From Lama guanicoe (Eukaryota), in contig MU053482.1 in assembly GCA_013239625.1 (NCBI GenBank), positions 2,891,168 through 2,955,167 of the forward strand: 64,000 nucleotides of DNA, written 5' to 3'. This document shows, in pieces, positions 36,449 to 50,860 of the stretch. The position numbers and the translations under genes were made by a program. Every line of letters begins with the position of its first letter. Positions within the stretch are counted from its first letter, which is position 1. Under the pieces are notes generated by a model, which was given only the letters and a program-made list of their open reading frames with translations, ran no database searches and was not told the DNA's origin.

Positions 36449-37304
36449 CTGTAAATCCAAAAAAATTCAACAAAAGTCAAATAAATCAACAGTTTGCCTA
36501 GAAGTATGATGCATGTAGCAGATGAAAAATGGAATATTTCTTACGGCTCTAGAAACAGCAGTGCATGTGCAGAAATCTTAGAAAATAACTGCAAAGCTAA
36601 AGATAGGAATTAACTTCACAGCTATATGGAAACAAATCCAAATGGAAGGAAAACATCTGATAAGGTTTTCCCAGACACTGAGCAGCACATCACGACTCTT
36701 CCAACCTACATCCTGCATCTGTATCTAGATTCACAGAGGTCCGTGCCAGGAGACATTCTACACATTTTACAAGAGAAAATGGAAAAACTGAAGAGTTGAT
36801 TTGATGAAACTCAGTTAAAAACATAATTCCATGTTTCTTTTTAAAGTTGTAGGCTATTTATTATGAAGCCATTTAAAGTGTTTTCCTTGTTTAGTAGTTT
36901 ATATATACTGCAAGTCATGGTCTCAGAGACTTTGGATGTCAGAAGGGTGTGGTCTGTATCCTTGGGTGAAATTAAAAACAAAAGCTGAATTTAGGGGGGC
37001 ACTTCAGGTACTATATTTGTACCTTTCAGACAGTCAGTCTGTTACTCATGTGGGCTCACTCTGCTTTTAACGGAGAGGAAGACGTGTTGGGGTGAGGCAG
37101 GAGGTGTTTCTTTAAAAGGTCAGGAAGGGAGCCTCTCTTAGCAGGGCTGTCTTTCTTTGAATGAAAAGACTTCAGTCAAAAGTCAACAAGTATTTTATCT
37201 ATCATAAAAGAATGTCTCAAGCTCAAGGCTGTACAAAATCCTATAATATGAGGGGCCTCCACAACTAATTAATGTTTCTTTACCTTTTAAATGCAGAATC
37301 CAGC

Positions 37305-37480
37305 ACAGCAGTTCTCAACCCTGGCCGCTCGTTACACCAAACCAAACCAAAGGCTTAAAAAACAAACAAAAAACAAAAAACCCCATGCCTAGGTCTCACT
37401 TCAGACCAATTATATCAGCATCTATGAGGAAGGTCCCAAATACCAGTCATTTAAACAAGTTCTCCAAGTGACTCCAATGT
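37305..37480. mobile_element. MER5-like DNA transposon fragment
   Basis: cagcagttctcaaccctggc...cagaccaattatatcagcatct...ccaagtgactccaatgt. Confidence 0.55.
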
Positions 37481-37999
37481 CCACTGTAACCAGCTTTACT
37501 TAATGTCTTCCCAAGACATGGGTACTTAAAAAATTAAGGTTTCTGATTATGATTTGTGGAATGACAATTCTATGAGTCAACAAAGGTCTGGAAGTACAAA
37601 CAAGAAGGGAAATGGTCTCACCAGTGCTGTCTCCTTACCAAAAGTATGAAATATCATACTAGACAATTTTAATAACATGCAATGGAAAGCAGTATTTCCT
37701 GATTTCATATTTTAAACTGAGAACATCAGTAAATATTTTCAGCTACTAAGAGAACCCTCTTTATGAATATTCAGGTACACATATTAAACTGAAAATAAAC
37801 AGTAAATAATATACTGACTTTATTTGCTTGTCTTCTTAACAGAAATACTCATGTATATCCCTCCCTTCCCCTCTTCCTATACTAAGAGCAAAAGCAAGAA
37901 TGTAAAACCCCCCAGGGGGGAATGTTTTCACAGGAGCTGACTGGCTTTCAGAGTCTACTCTTCACAATTATTACTGCTAATAAAAATTGTAATCATGAT

Positions 38000-38230
38000 G
38001 GTGATGTCTAAAATTTATTGAGTTTTTACCATGTCCTAGGAACTGTGCTAAGAAATTTACAAATACTTCCTACTGTGACCATCATGGCCCAAAGGGGTCA
38101 GTGTTGTTACTGTCCTCATTTTAAAGATGAGGAAACAGAGATACCTAACCTGTCCAAAGTACCTGGCTGGTAACTGGGAGCGCTGAAATCTGACTCTGAT
38201 CTGTTTGCTCCAGAGCCCATGGCTGTAACT
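38000..38230. repeat. MIR SINE
   Basis: catgtcctaggaactgtgctaag...cctcattttaaagatgaggaaacagag...cctgtccaaag. Confidence 0.7.
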
Positions 38231-38543
38231 GCTATGCAAACTGCTTCCAGGGGCAGGCACCTTACCTATCAGAGTGTACCAAGGATGGGAAAACTGTGAG
38301 TCAAGCGTTTTTCCTCAGTGATAACCACTTGTAGATAATAAAACAGGATGACTGACCACTTGCAGGCCCTAAGAGCTAACGCAGCACATCATCTCACTCA
38401 TGCATATCCATCCTACTTTTGTAGTTCAGAGTAAAACCCTAAAATGGCCTTACCACACTTATGGATGGTTATTTTACTGGAGTTTTTCATTAAAAACACA
38501 TAAGATAACAAACGAAATGGAACAAGGACATGCAAACACGTAC

Positions 38544-38670
38544 CGTGCTCTAGTCTCTCATAGTCTGAATCCAGGAGAAATGTTTTAAAGCGATTAGACA
38601 CATAGTGAAAAGCCAAGAACTTTAAGTAATAGAGATTGAATTCAAACTCAGTTGGATACTGGTTGTGAAC
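38544..38670 (-). CDS. SBF2: SBF2 coding exon, 127 nt, [12 protein letters not shown]...DYERLEH(G)
   Basis: Acceptor tgtgtttcag|GTT, donor G|gtacgt; myotubularin QYPTEFEFN motif. Confidence 0.96.
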
Positions 38671-38899
38671 CTGAAACACACAAGGCAAAGAAAAGAGAAT
38701 CAAATGGAACAAAAAGAGGATGCCATGCCCCTGATGCTGCCTGAAATATGCAGGAGACCATATGGACTCAGTCAGTTGAATCCCTACCATGAGTGGAAGT
38801 GGGAAGGGAACCAGACTTTTGCCAGACACCATGCTAGGGGTTTTTTATAAACATAATCACATTTAATCTCCATAACAACATTGCAAGAGAGGCATTATT

Positions 38900-39819
38900 T
38901 TTTCCAGCTCTATTGAGATATAACTGACATATATAACATTGTGTAAGTTTAAGGTATACAACATGATGATTTAATACACATATCTCTTGTGAAATGATTA
39001 CCACAACAGGGTTAGTTAACACCTCCATAACCTCACATAATTACCTTTTTTTGTGGTAAGAACACTTGAGATCTGCCCTCTTAGTAACTTTCAAGTATGT
39101 AACACAGTCTTATTAACTATAGTCACCATGCTGTATGGTGGATCCCCAGAACTGATTTCTCTTATAACTAGAACACCAACATCTCTCCACTCTCCTTGCC
39201 CCCCGGCCCCTGGGTACCATCGTTCTATTCTGTTTCTGTGAGTAAGGCTAGTTTAGATTCTACATATAAGTAAGATCATACAGTAGTTATCTTTCTCTGA
39301 CTTATTTCACTTATCATAATGCCCTTAAAAGGCCATCCACATTATCGTGTGTGTGTGCGTGCGCGTGTGTGCAAGTAACATTTTCTTTATCCATTCATCC
39401 ATAGAGGGACACTTAGGTTGTTTCCGTTTCTTGGCTATTGTGAATAATGCTGCAATGAACATGGGAGTATAGATACCTCTTTGAGATAATGATTTCATTC
39501 CAATATATCCAGAAGGAGGATTATGAGATCATAAAACAGTTCTATTTTTCATTTTTTTGAGGAACTTCCATATTGCTTGCCACAGTGGCTGCACCAATTT
39601 ACATTCCCACCAACAGTATACAAGAATTCTTTTTCTTCACATCTTCACCAGCACCTGTTACCTCTTGTCTTTTTGATAACAGCCATTCTAACAGGTGTGA
39701 AGTGATATCTCACTGTGGTTTTGATTTGCCCTGATGATTAGTGAGTGATGTTGAATACTTTTTCATGTACTTATTTGGCCTTTGTATGTCTTTGGAAAAA
39801 AGTCTATTCAGATCCTCTG
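38900..39819 (-). mobile_element. L1 3' end inserted into a MIR, with a 15-bp TSD
   Basis: TSD aagagaggcattatt (38885-38899) and aagataggcattatt (39820-39834); MIR halves on both sides. Confidence 0.88.
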
Positions 39820-42800
39820 AAGATAGGCATTATTACCCTTCCTCTCTACAAATGAGGAAGCTGAAGATAAGCAAGACTAAGTAATTTACCTGAAGTCATT
39901 CACAGTAACTAGTGAGCCTAAGTTTGAACACTGGCTTATGAGGCTCCAAGGTGTACACTTCACTCACTGCTTTACAGTGAGCTAGACCCTTGACAGAAAC
40001 CACCGTTAAGTTACAGTTCTTGCTTTCCAGGCATTTGTGATGTCATAGTGTATAACACAACAAGAAAAATTATACTTCCAGAAGTTTGGCAGTGAAAGGA
40101 ACGAGAAGAGAATGGTGATCTGGGGGGACAGCGAAGAGATGTTTTCTAGACAAAAGAAACGTGTCCCTGTCTGACGGCGATGCCGAAGGAGCCAACGGAG
40201 ATGGAACAAATTGTGGAGAAAGGACTAATAACTAAGAGAGCAAGGCCCTGAGGAAGAAAGAATGAATGGGGCTAAGGGCCCAGAAATAGGAAACAGGCTT
40301 AAAAATGAAGAGGGATAGAAGAGGGGGTGAAAAGAAAGAAATGTTCAAGTGCTAAGAGAAGGGGGAGGGGCTTATGCCTTGTAACCTTAATTTTTCATCA
40401 GTAAATTAGTGAGGTCACTGGATGGATGATTAAGGATGAGGGAATGATATGGGAGGGAGGGAGCAAGGCAGAGCTGGGAACCATCACTGAGCTGTAGCGT
40501 GCTTCAGGCAAGCTCTATGCAGACTCTATGGAGCCATCTTATGTTGGCAGAAGATAGACTGATGACCTTGTGACGTTGTCCGCCCAGCAGTCTCACCTCT
40601 ATGTTGCTCAATCTCTCACAACCAATTAGAGAATTTTGTTTGGTTGAGATAAGTTCTAATCACAATTGTATTTGCCTAAAAGCTGTTTCAAATGAACACT
40701 GCAGGCAGGCTGTCTAAAAGCCAGCTTTCCTCTCCATGTTTAATTTGGCAAGGTAGACCGACACTTGGTCAGCCAGAGTGAGCAGGACTGTGTGCAGTAT
40801 GTTGACTGCCCAATAGATCATTGGGAATTTAAAGTCATGATCCGGAATCATTGATTTTTACTAAAGTTTATCATCTAGTTAGAAACCTAGTTTTCTGTGA
40901 TACTTAAAAGTTTTTTTCCTATAGTTTTTTTTTCGCTTTTTAATTGAACTAAATTTTTAGTTAATAAGTAATAAAAAATAAAATTAGTGTTAGGAAGACA
41001 TATTAAAACAGAGTTTGACTGCTGTGCAATGGGTTTGCATACTGTGGACTTGCTTCCCTGACCTCAGCCACTGCCCTGCCTGTCTGCCTGGTCTGCCTAG
41101 GACAGGAGAGCTTTCCATGAGACAACTGGGACATGGTTCTGGATAGCTAGATAGTATGCCATATTTCAGGTTTTAGAACTTAAAGTCTCTAGCCTGAGTT
41201 CCTGGTTCAGAATCAATAATACCACCTCAAGGGGCCAGTGTGCACACGATGGAGACGGGGTGACTCAGTTTGTGGGTGGTGGGACAGAAGGAGACAGATT
41301 CAGGAGGATGGTTCTCTTCCATATGAGTCTCCAGGAGGACAATGTGCAATGTGCTTGGGCAGGGTGAGCTCCAAGAGCCCTTGGAATAAACCTTGGTAGT
41401 CACAGGCCAGACCTTTGGCTCACTGTTTCCAGGGAAAGAAGAGTTCAGGGTTATTTCCACTGACCCAGTCCACAATAATTCTAAAAACTCTTCTAAAAAC
41501 TTGTTAAACAAAGCCCCAGAACAACAAAACATTTCTTTCAATGACTCTTCTCCTTGGAAACCACTTGTCTTACACATATCTTTCTTTCTTTGATTATCCT
41601 GATATTTAATATGCTTAGGAATACAACTTTAATGACCCACTTCTGAGGTAAAGCAGAATGGAAATGATAATGACTATGACCTTAAGTTGAACTTACAGGC
41701 ATTTCAGGGAGATCACATGCGAGGACCAGAAGCAAAACTCTGCTACAAGTGGAAAAACGCTTTCACAGCCCACTGTGCTGAGTGGCTGGCCTCACCACAA
41801 ACCCTGCACTCTACAATTATGTTAGAAAGGTTAGACACTTCTCCCAGGCCTCTGGCACTCACCCTACTTGAACTGGAATTGGTGCTCAGAGAACACCGGG
41901 GTGTGAGCACTTGGGGGCACTAGTGTGTACACGTGTGTGTATGTGTCTATGTGCCACAATGGTATCTGCAGTTATTGACTGCCTGGGGTTGAAAAAACAG
42001 TCTGCCCTCATAACTGGGGTTAATTACCAGGTCTATTGGAAGTAAAAGAGAAGATGCTCAACAATTTGATTTTTTCTCTCTCTAGCAACAGTTTAAGCAA
42101 CAAGCATGTGAAAATTGCTTCAATGGAAAAAATATATATCAGATTGACTTGAAGGCTGGGTTGATTAATGCCTAAATAACCACATTTGGAATCTGACATT
42201 AAGAAACACAAATAATTTCCTGAAATGCCTTTTTATGTTAATGAAAAATGAAGACCTGAATGTAGTTACAGGACAAAACCTAGTGCTTAAGATTTCCAGT
42301 AAAAAGAGAAAAATTACACTTTCTCCATTTAGTCCTACATCCCAGGGACTCAGTTTGTCCAGTTAACTGGCTTCTTTTCCTCATTATCAATGGGACACCT
42401 AGATTCACCTGCCACCACAGTGGTCTCCACAAGATGCTTCCCTCTCCTCCTGTTAAGTATGGTTTTAACTGGAAGTCTCAGGCCAAAGAGACTCTGACGA
42501 CTGAGATACAGGGAATGAGTGAGAATTTAGAGGTTTGTTAGCCCCAAGATCTTTTTGCTTTAACAACTTTAATGCAGTATAACTGACGTGCAGTAAGCTG
42601 CATATATTTAAAGGGTACAATCTGATACCTTTTGACATCTCTATGCACCCGTGAAACCACACCACAATCAAGATAATGAATATATATCATCTATAACTGT
42701 GCCCCTTATCTCTTCCTGTATCCTCCTCGTCAAGCTACCATTGATTTGGTTTTGTCACTACAGATTAATTTGCATTTACTAGAAATGTATATAAATGGAA

Positions 42801-43859
42801 TCATAAGTATGTACGCTTTTTTTTGGTCTGCTTTTTTTCATTAAGCATAAATATTGGAGAAGTATCCATGTTGTTGGGTTATTAGTAGTAAATTCCTTTC
42901 TGTAGCTAAGCAGTGGTCCATTGTATGGAAATACCACAATTTGTTTACTCATCCATCTGTGGATGGACATTGGGTTGCTTCTAGATTTTTGGTTATTATA
43001 TGTAACGTTGCTATGAACAGTTATGTTCAGGTCTTTGTATGGGCATAAGCCTTCATGTCTCTTTTGTAACTGCCTAGGAATGGAATGCAGAATCATATGG
43101 TAGGTAGGTATGTTTAATTCTTTAAGAAATGATCAAATTGTTTTCTCAAACAATGGCATAATTTTGTATTTCCACCAGCAGTTTTAGAAAGTTCCAGTTC
43201 CTCCATATCCTTGCAACACTTGAGGAAAGTCAGTTTTTAAATTTTAGCCATCAAAACAGATATATAGTAGTATCTCATTGTGATTTTAATTTGCATTTCC
43301 TAATGATAAATGAAATCAAGTATCTTTTCATATGCTTATTCTCCATCTGCATATCTTTGGTGGAATTAGTACAAATATTTTTCCCATTTAAAACATAGGT
43401 TGATTGTTTTTTATTTATTGAGTTTTGAGAATTCTTTATATATTCTGGATACAAGTCTTTTAGCAGATATATGATTTGCAATTGTTTTTTTCTACTCTGA
43501 TTTGTCTTTTCATTTTCTTAAGTGACTTTTGAAGAATAAAAATTTTAATTTTGACAAATTCTAATTTATCAGTTCTTTTATGGCTCATACTTTTGGTGTT
43601 AAATCTATGATATCCTTGCCTAACAACCTAAGATCACAAAAATTTCTTTCTATGTCTTCTTCTAGAAGTCTTATATAGTATTAGGTCTTACATTTAAGTC
43701 TGATCCCTTTTGAATTAATTTTTATATTGATGCTAGAATCAAAATTAATTTTTTTTTTCACCTGGAAATCCAATTGTCTGGTACCATTTGTTGAAAAGAG
43801 TATTTATTCTTTCTCTACCTATTGCTTGTGCATCTTTGTCAAAAATCAGTTGTCCATAT

Positions 43860-44023
43860 TGATTGATCTTTTTTTGTTTTGTTTTGGTTTTGCTCTTTTT
43901 TGGGGGGTGGGGTGGTGGTGATTAGGTTTACTTATTTATTTTTAATGGAGGTACTAGGAATTGATCCCAGGAGCTAATGCATGCGTAAGCATGCTCTCTA
44001 CCCCTGAGCTATACCCTCCTCCC
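43860..44023 (-). mobile_element. tRNA-derived SINE inserted in the old L1
   Basis: Head ...ctgagctataccctcc; TSD cagttgtcca at 43847-43856 and 44024-44033. Confidence 0.85.
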
Positions 44024-44658
44024 CAGTTGTCCACATATATGTGTAGAACTATTTCTGGACTCCCCATTCTGTTCCATTGATCTGTTTGTCTGTCTTTACA
44101 CCAATTATCACACTGTCTTGACTACTACAGCTTTATAATAAAATTAGTGCTAGTTTTCCAATTTTGTTCCTTTTCAAAGTTGTTTTGGCTATTTTAGATC
44201 CTTTGCATTTCCATGTGAATTTCAGAATTAGCTTGTCAATTTCTACAAAACAGCCTCCTAAGAGTTCTATTGTGATTACATTGAATCTTTAGATCAATTT
44301 GTGGGGACTGACATTTTAACAATATTGAGTCTTCTGATCCATGAACAACATGTACTTCTTGATTTAATTGTCTAATTTCTTTTAATAATGTTTTACAGTT
44401 TTCAGTGTCCAAGTCTTTAACACATTTTGTTGTATTTCTTTCATGTTTTTTGATGCTGTCATAAATGACAGTGATTTTTAAATTTCAATTTTTCCAATGG
44501 TTTATTGTTAGTATTAAGTTTTGAATATTGAGCATGTATGCTACAGACTTGCTAAACCCATTAATTCTAGTAGCTTTTTCTTTTTTTGTAGGTTCTATAG
44601 ACAATCACGTTATTTGTGAATAAAGAAAGTTTTACTTCTTTTCTATGTGGATATCTTT

Positions 44659-44682
44659 ATTATTATTATTATTATTATTATT
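44659..44682. repeat. (TTA)n microsatellite
   Basis: Direct reading. Confidence 0.9.
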
Positions 44683-47600
44683 TTCTTGCCTTACTTATTG
44701 CATGGCCACAACCTTTAGTATAATATTGAACAGAAGTGGTGAAGCAGAAATCTATGTCTTGTTCCTGATCTTAGGGGGAAAGCATTCAGTCTTTCACTAT
44801 TAAGTATGGTGTTAGCTGTAGGGTTTGTTTTTTTTTTTTTAATAGATACTATTTATATAGTTTGAGAAAGTTTCCTTCTGTTCTTGGTTTCCTGAGAATT
44901 TTCATAAGGAATGGATGTTATATTTTGTCAGGTGCTTTTTCTGCATCTACTGAGATGCCCATATTTTTTTTTTTTAGTTGCTTAATATGGTAAATCAACC
45001 TGATTGATTTCAAATGTGAAACCAACTGTGCATTCCTGGAATAAACCTCATTTGACCAAGGCATATTATCTTTTAAACATATTGTTGAATTTGATTTGCT
45101 AAAATTTTGTTTAGAAAATTTGAATCTGTGATCATCAGGGGTCTTGGTCTATAGTTTTCTTTTCCTGTCTTTGTCAGACTAGGGTAATGCTGGCCTCAAA
45201 GCTTGAGTTGGGAAATATTCCCTTTGCTTAAATTTTCTGAAAGAGTTTTTGTAGAACTGCCATTGTTTCTTCCTTAAATATCTGGTAGAATTCACCAGTG
45301 AAGTCACCTGGGCCTGAAGGTTTTCAGTGTGGAACTATTTTAACTACAGTTTCAATTTCCTAAATAGACATAGGCCTATTCAAGTTACGCATTTCTTCTT
45401 TAGTGAATGTAGTAGTTTGTATTGTTCAAGGAAGTTGTCCTAAATTTTTATTTTTCTTGATGCAGAACTGTTCATAATATTCCCTTATGGTCCTTTTTAA
45501 TATCTGAAGACTCAGCAGTGATGTCATCATCTTTCTCATTCCTAATACTGATAATTTGTGTCTCTTCTTTGATCAGTCTGCTTAGAGGTTTATCAATTTT
45601 ATTGACCTTTTCAAAGAACAGCTTTTGGTTTCATTAGTTTTCTTTATTATTGGCCACAAAATTTTGGGGGCCTAAAGGCAAGTCTGCTTCAAATAAATTT
45701 AGCCTTATTGTATTATGGAGAATTGGGAATGACAGGCCTCTCAGCCTATAAATTAATTCTATATGAGCATTTCCCAAATTATGCCGATGAACAGAGTTTT
45801 AGGCCTCTTTCAGTCATCATCTGGATTCTGTTGTTCAAAATAATTATTTATTTATTTTGATGAAGATAAAAACATACAGATTTAAAATACTAAGACTAAG
45901 CTCTATGAGGCTTTTTGGTTTTGTTTTCCATTATGGAATAAAACCTGCCAATTTCACTTATTTATAAGAAGAGAATCTGAAATGGAATTTGGAGAAATAT
46001 GAATTTACAGGGTCTTATTTTTTGCCCATATGCCATTAAGTACTTTGTAAAATTTAAAGGCCCATAAAAACAAGCTATGACTCAAATCCCAGGAAAGAAA
46101 CATTTTGGGAGTAAAATATAGTAAGTTAAAATTGGATTCTGCTTTCAGGAATTACAAATATTAAGCTATAAGAGACCCTGTATTTAATGGTATCAAAATG
46201 TTAAAACCTGTGGTTATGTTAGACACACACTAGAAAAATAGGTAATACTAGTTTTTGTTATTTCACAGGTTAATATTTAACAAGTATTAATTGTGCACCT
46301 TCTACTGTGCCAATTAACTTCACAAGATTTTTAATTTTTCTGATACATATACATATAAAGAAAGTGAAGCACAGAGAGGTTTAATAATTTGTTAAAGATT
46401 AAAAATTAGTAAATGAGACATAGGCAAACTCAGACTTATTTTATGGGCTCAAATACTAAAAGCTTTAATGCAAAATTGCTGTGTTATAAAACAGCCTGGA
46501 GGATGTCAATTTTTGCCAGTTTTCAGCTGACTGGGAAACAGGCAGACACCAGAAACTCTTATATATACCATGAATCCATTAACTGCAGGTATTTTGCCAA
46601 TATTAATGGATAAATTTTAGAGTAACCAACCTGTGTGAGGGCAGCTTAGCTCCTCACACATGTGCTCACAGGAAAAGCTCCTATCTTCAAAAGGCAAATA
46701 GCTTTTCTCTTGGGAAAAGGACCTAGCATAGTGCTGGCATACGGTAACTGTGAGGAGAATCATATTACAGAACCAGACCAGAGTGAGTCAATTTACAATC
46801 TGAATAAACTTCAAAGGCCAAGTTATAACTGTTACTTGTTTTTCTCAAAGTAGGAAATAATTTAAAAGTTCTAAGATGCCCTCTAAGATTTACTCTAATG
46901 CTGAAATAAAGGAGATGCTTTCTTATATGTCATGTTTTCATTCATATTACACATATTTTTTCCCTCAGTATTATATTTTAAAAAGAAACTTTAGCTAAAA
47001 CTTTTTTTTTTGTATTTTGGATGTCTTCCTTTTGAATTTGGTTCAACTATTTTAAGAAAAGGAAGCATCCTGTAATGATATCATTTGAGCTAAGCCAATT
47101 TCTTTTAGAAGCAACAAAAAATCTGCCAGATGTTGCTATTATGAAACAGTGATCTAGCATTTATTAATTCATCTGACACCTGGATATACTGGCGTAAACA
47201 ATGGCTTTTTATATGATGAGGCATTTCTAATTTAAGATTAGTGCTTCATTTGTTTTCTTTGCAACTCTATTAGTACTAATGGGCAAGTCCAGGCATAGTT
47301 CCATGGACTGCCTTTTGGCATTCACCATGTTAGAAATGGTTAATAAGCAGTGAACACATTCCACTTGGGGAAATTTTGCTTGCTGCTGCATAATTTTGTA
47401 CTTTATTATTATTTTTTTTTAATATTGTTGGACCTGGCTCTGTTTTGTGCCCCTAAGAGACTAAGGACAGCACTAATTTGAACTGTCTGGCAAAAGCCAG
47501 AGTCATGTAAAGCATTAGTGTTCACTTGAAAGGTATTCCAAGAAGGCATTTTCTAATGCCTATAACCAGTATGTAGGAGATGATGAAACACTACCTTATA

Positions 47601-49189
47601 ATTAAGTCAGCAAGAATCAGAAGCATTATTTGTTAACTGTAGTCTTCTGTTTTTGAATGAATAAACAATCCCTTTTTCAGCACAAAATAATTTGCTTCAC
47701 CAAAACTGATACCTATCATATAGTCCAGCATCCTTCAAATACCACAATTAATGTCATATGCTCACTTTGCTATGACTTGTCTGCACTCAGGTTATTATGT
47801 GTGAGGGTATCAAGTCAAAGGGTTCAGGCAAATTAAAAAAATTTTATATTTTAACTAATTTTTAATGGAGTATAACCAGATTTGAAATCATACTAAAGGG
47901 GTCTTTAGACCCTGACTAATACTATTTTCTACAGTTTGTGAAACATTCACCTACAAATAATTGCTTTTATTACAAGTCAACTTTTCAATTTCAGAACTGG
48001 TTCAGATAGAACACTTGAATTTTACCTTCTTATTTAAAATGAAAACAGTTGCATAAATTAAACATATTCCCCAATTTGCTTTATAAAACTTAACATTACA
48101 TAGTTTTAGCATCTATTGTAATGTATTCTAAAGGTAACAGGAATGTAACTCATACTTCATTTTAGCTTATGTTAAATTGCTTTGTTTGTATCACTAAAGA
48201 GGTGATAGAAGAACACAGGTTACTTTCCAACATTCTAGACTACTCACACTTCCACCCACCTCATTCCACCCTAACAATAAAATATAAGCATTGCATTCCA
48301 AGGAATTATTATACTTGGGAAACAACAATGTTCCCATCTGTGAGGACAGTATGTCTTATATGAGAACCTCCCATTTCCTACTGATTGTGAGTGGATTCTA
48401 TAGCTGACTCTTAATATTTAGGTATACAGAATTCTTCAAGTTGAACATTTAACCCATTTAATAGTGCATTTAACTTAAGTCAAATTTAGTCATACAAATT
48501 CAGCCCCCAGCAACTCTCCCTCAATTAAAGGAAAGGAATTTTAAAAGGTACAAAAACCAAAACAGAGGTGGGGAAAAAGGGAGGGGAGAGAGTAGCAGGC
48601 CAAGAAAATTCAGAAAGATGGAAAATAGAAAGAAGAATAGCAGTAAATGACAGAAGATGAGAAACTCCACTGGAATGCCTGTGGATGAAAATTATTAAAG
48701 AAACTAACAGTTTGCCCTGTAAACCCAGAAAGGCTCAGCACTCAGAGGTCCAAATGTTATACAGGTGTGAAATGGGAGCTAAAAATGAGAACTAGTTATA
48801 AGTCTAGAGAGGCAGTGATGAGACTTCAAGGGTCTTTTCCTACCCCATGAAGTCATGTGATTACCTTCTTGCAAGCACGAGATTAGAGGTTTATTCTCTG
48901 GAAAAACCAAACTTGATAAGCTCTGGACTTGAGAATACCAGGCACAACTGGGTTACTGATGAGACTGAAAACAGTACAGAAAAAGTAAAAATCTGCACAC
49001 TTGACTGGGATCTCCCTGGACCCACTTCCTGCCCTGCTTCCAGAAAGCAGACAGCCAGGCTTGTAAGTACTCTCTGGGCACTACACTGAAAAATTTTTCT
49101 CTAGAGAAACTAGAAAGCTGCTGCTTTCTTTGTTTTCTTCCTCCTTCCCCCCACCCCACAACTCCAGTTTACTGAGAAGTTGGATTTAC

Positions 49190-50860
49190 TAAAATTTCCA
49201 GTTCACTGAAGTATAATTTACATATACTACAATTCCCCTATTTTAAGCATACAGGTTGATTCGTTTTGGTCACTGGTCATTTGGTTCTATGTTTGTGTAA
49301 CCACCACCACAATCAGGATACAGAACAGTTCCCTTGTCCTAAAGTGAATGCTTGTGCCCCTTTGTAGTCGATCCCCTCCCTGACCACCGGTACCAGGTAA
49401 ACACTGATCTGTTTTCTATCCTTATAGTTTTCCCTTCTGTAGAGTTTCCTATAAGTGAAATCATATAGTATGTAGTCTGTATAGTCTTTTTCACTTGGCT
49501 TTTCCCTCATTTTTACGGAGAAATAACTGACATATATCATTGTATAAGTTTAACAGGTATAGCACGATGGTTTAATTTATATATGTTGTGAAATGATTCC
49601 ACAACAGGTTTACTTAGTTAACATCTACCATCTCATATAAAGTAAAAAACAAAAAAATTTTCTCCTTAAGATGAAATTGATCTGGCTTTTTTCACTGGTC
49701 ACGATTTTAAGACTCATCCATGTTGTGTATATTAATATCTCATTCCTTTTGCTTGCTGAGTAGTATTCCATCACATACATATACCAGAATTTATCTGTTT
49801 ACCAGCTGATGGACATTTGGCTTATTTTTCATGCTACTTCTTTATAGCTACACCCATGCCCTTCCCCCCCACTATCTCCAAGCCCTGGCAACCAATATTC
49901 TCTCTCTCTATAATCTTGTCATTTTGAGAATGTTATATAAACGTAACCATACAGTATGCAACCATTTGAGACTGCTTTTTTTTCACTCAACATTATGCTC
50001 TTGAAAACCATTCAAACTGTGATGTGTGTCAGGAGTTCATCTCTTTTCATTGCTGAGTAGTGTTCCATGGCATGGATGCACTACAGTTTGTTTAACCGTT
50101 CACCTGTTTTAGGAAATTTTGTCCCTTCCAACCTCCAGCTTTTGCTTATTATAAATAAATAATTCTTTTATATTTGAACTGAGTTTCTTAGAAACAGCAT
50201 ATAGTTACATCATGTTATACTTATATCATTTCCATTTAACATAATCATTGATATGTTAGGGCTGAAGTCTTGTCATTTTGGTTTTTGTTTTCCATTTGTT
50301 GTATTTCTTTTGTTTGTTTTCTTTTTCCTGCCTTCTGTGGACTACTTGAACATTTTTTTGAATTCCATTTTAGCTATAGTGTTTTTGACTTTATCTCTTT
50401 ATACAGCTTTTTTAGTAGTTGTTCTAGGTATTACACTACATATCTTGTTACAGTTGACTGGTGTTAACATTTTGTCAGTTTCAGTGAAGTGTAGAAACCT
50501 TACTTCACTTTACATCCCTTCCTGCTCCTCCATTTATAATAGAATTGTCTTAACTGTTTCCTCTACGTATATTGAGAACATCAAACAGTGTTACAGTTTT
50601 TGCTTCAACCATCAAATGTAATTTAGAAAACTCAAGAGAAGAAAAGTCTATTGTGTTTACTCATATTTCACTTTGAGTTGTTCTTTTTTCCTTCCTGATA
50701 CCCTAATCCTTCTTTTCTCATTATTTTCTGCTTGAAGAATTTCCTTTAACCACTTAGGTCTTTGATCCATTTCAGGTAAATTTTCATGAATGATGCGAGG
50801 GTTGATACTTTTCTAAACAGGTGTCCAGTTATTCTATACCATTTGTTGAAAAGTTTCCAT
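49190..50860 (-). mobile_element. Cluster of old L1 fragments
   Basis: Several L1 3' UTR motifs (ttgctgagtagtattcc, gatggacatttgg) plus L1M internal sequence; sub-boundaries unresolved. Confidence 0.65.

Larger units (their letters stand above)
42550..45650 (-). mobile_element. Old L1 (L1M-type) 3' UTR and ORF2, ~3.1 kb, decayed
   Basis: Continuous similarity to L1 ORF2/3' UTR in antisense, e.g. cttgttcctgatcttagggggaaagcattcagtctttcac and tggtagaattcaccagtgaag. Confidence 0.85.

Noticed and set aside
39346..39373. Alternating purine-pyrimidine tract (Z-DNA potential)
   Set aside because: An ordinary short (TG/CG)n microsatellite within an L1
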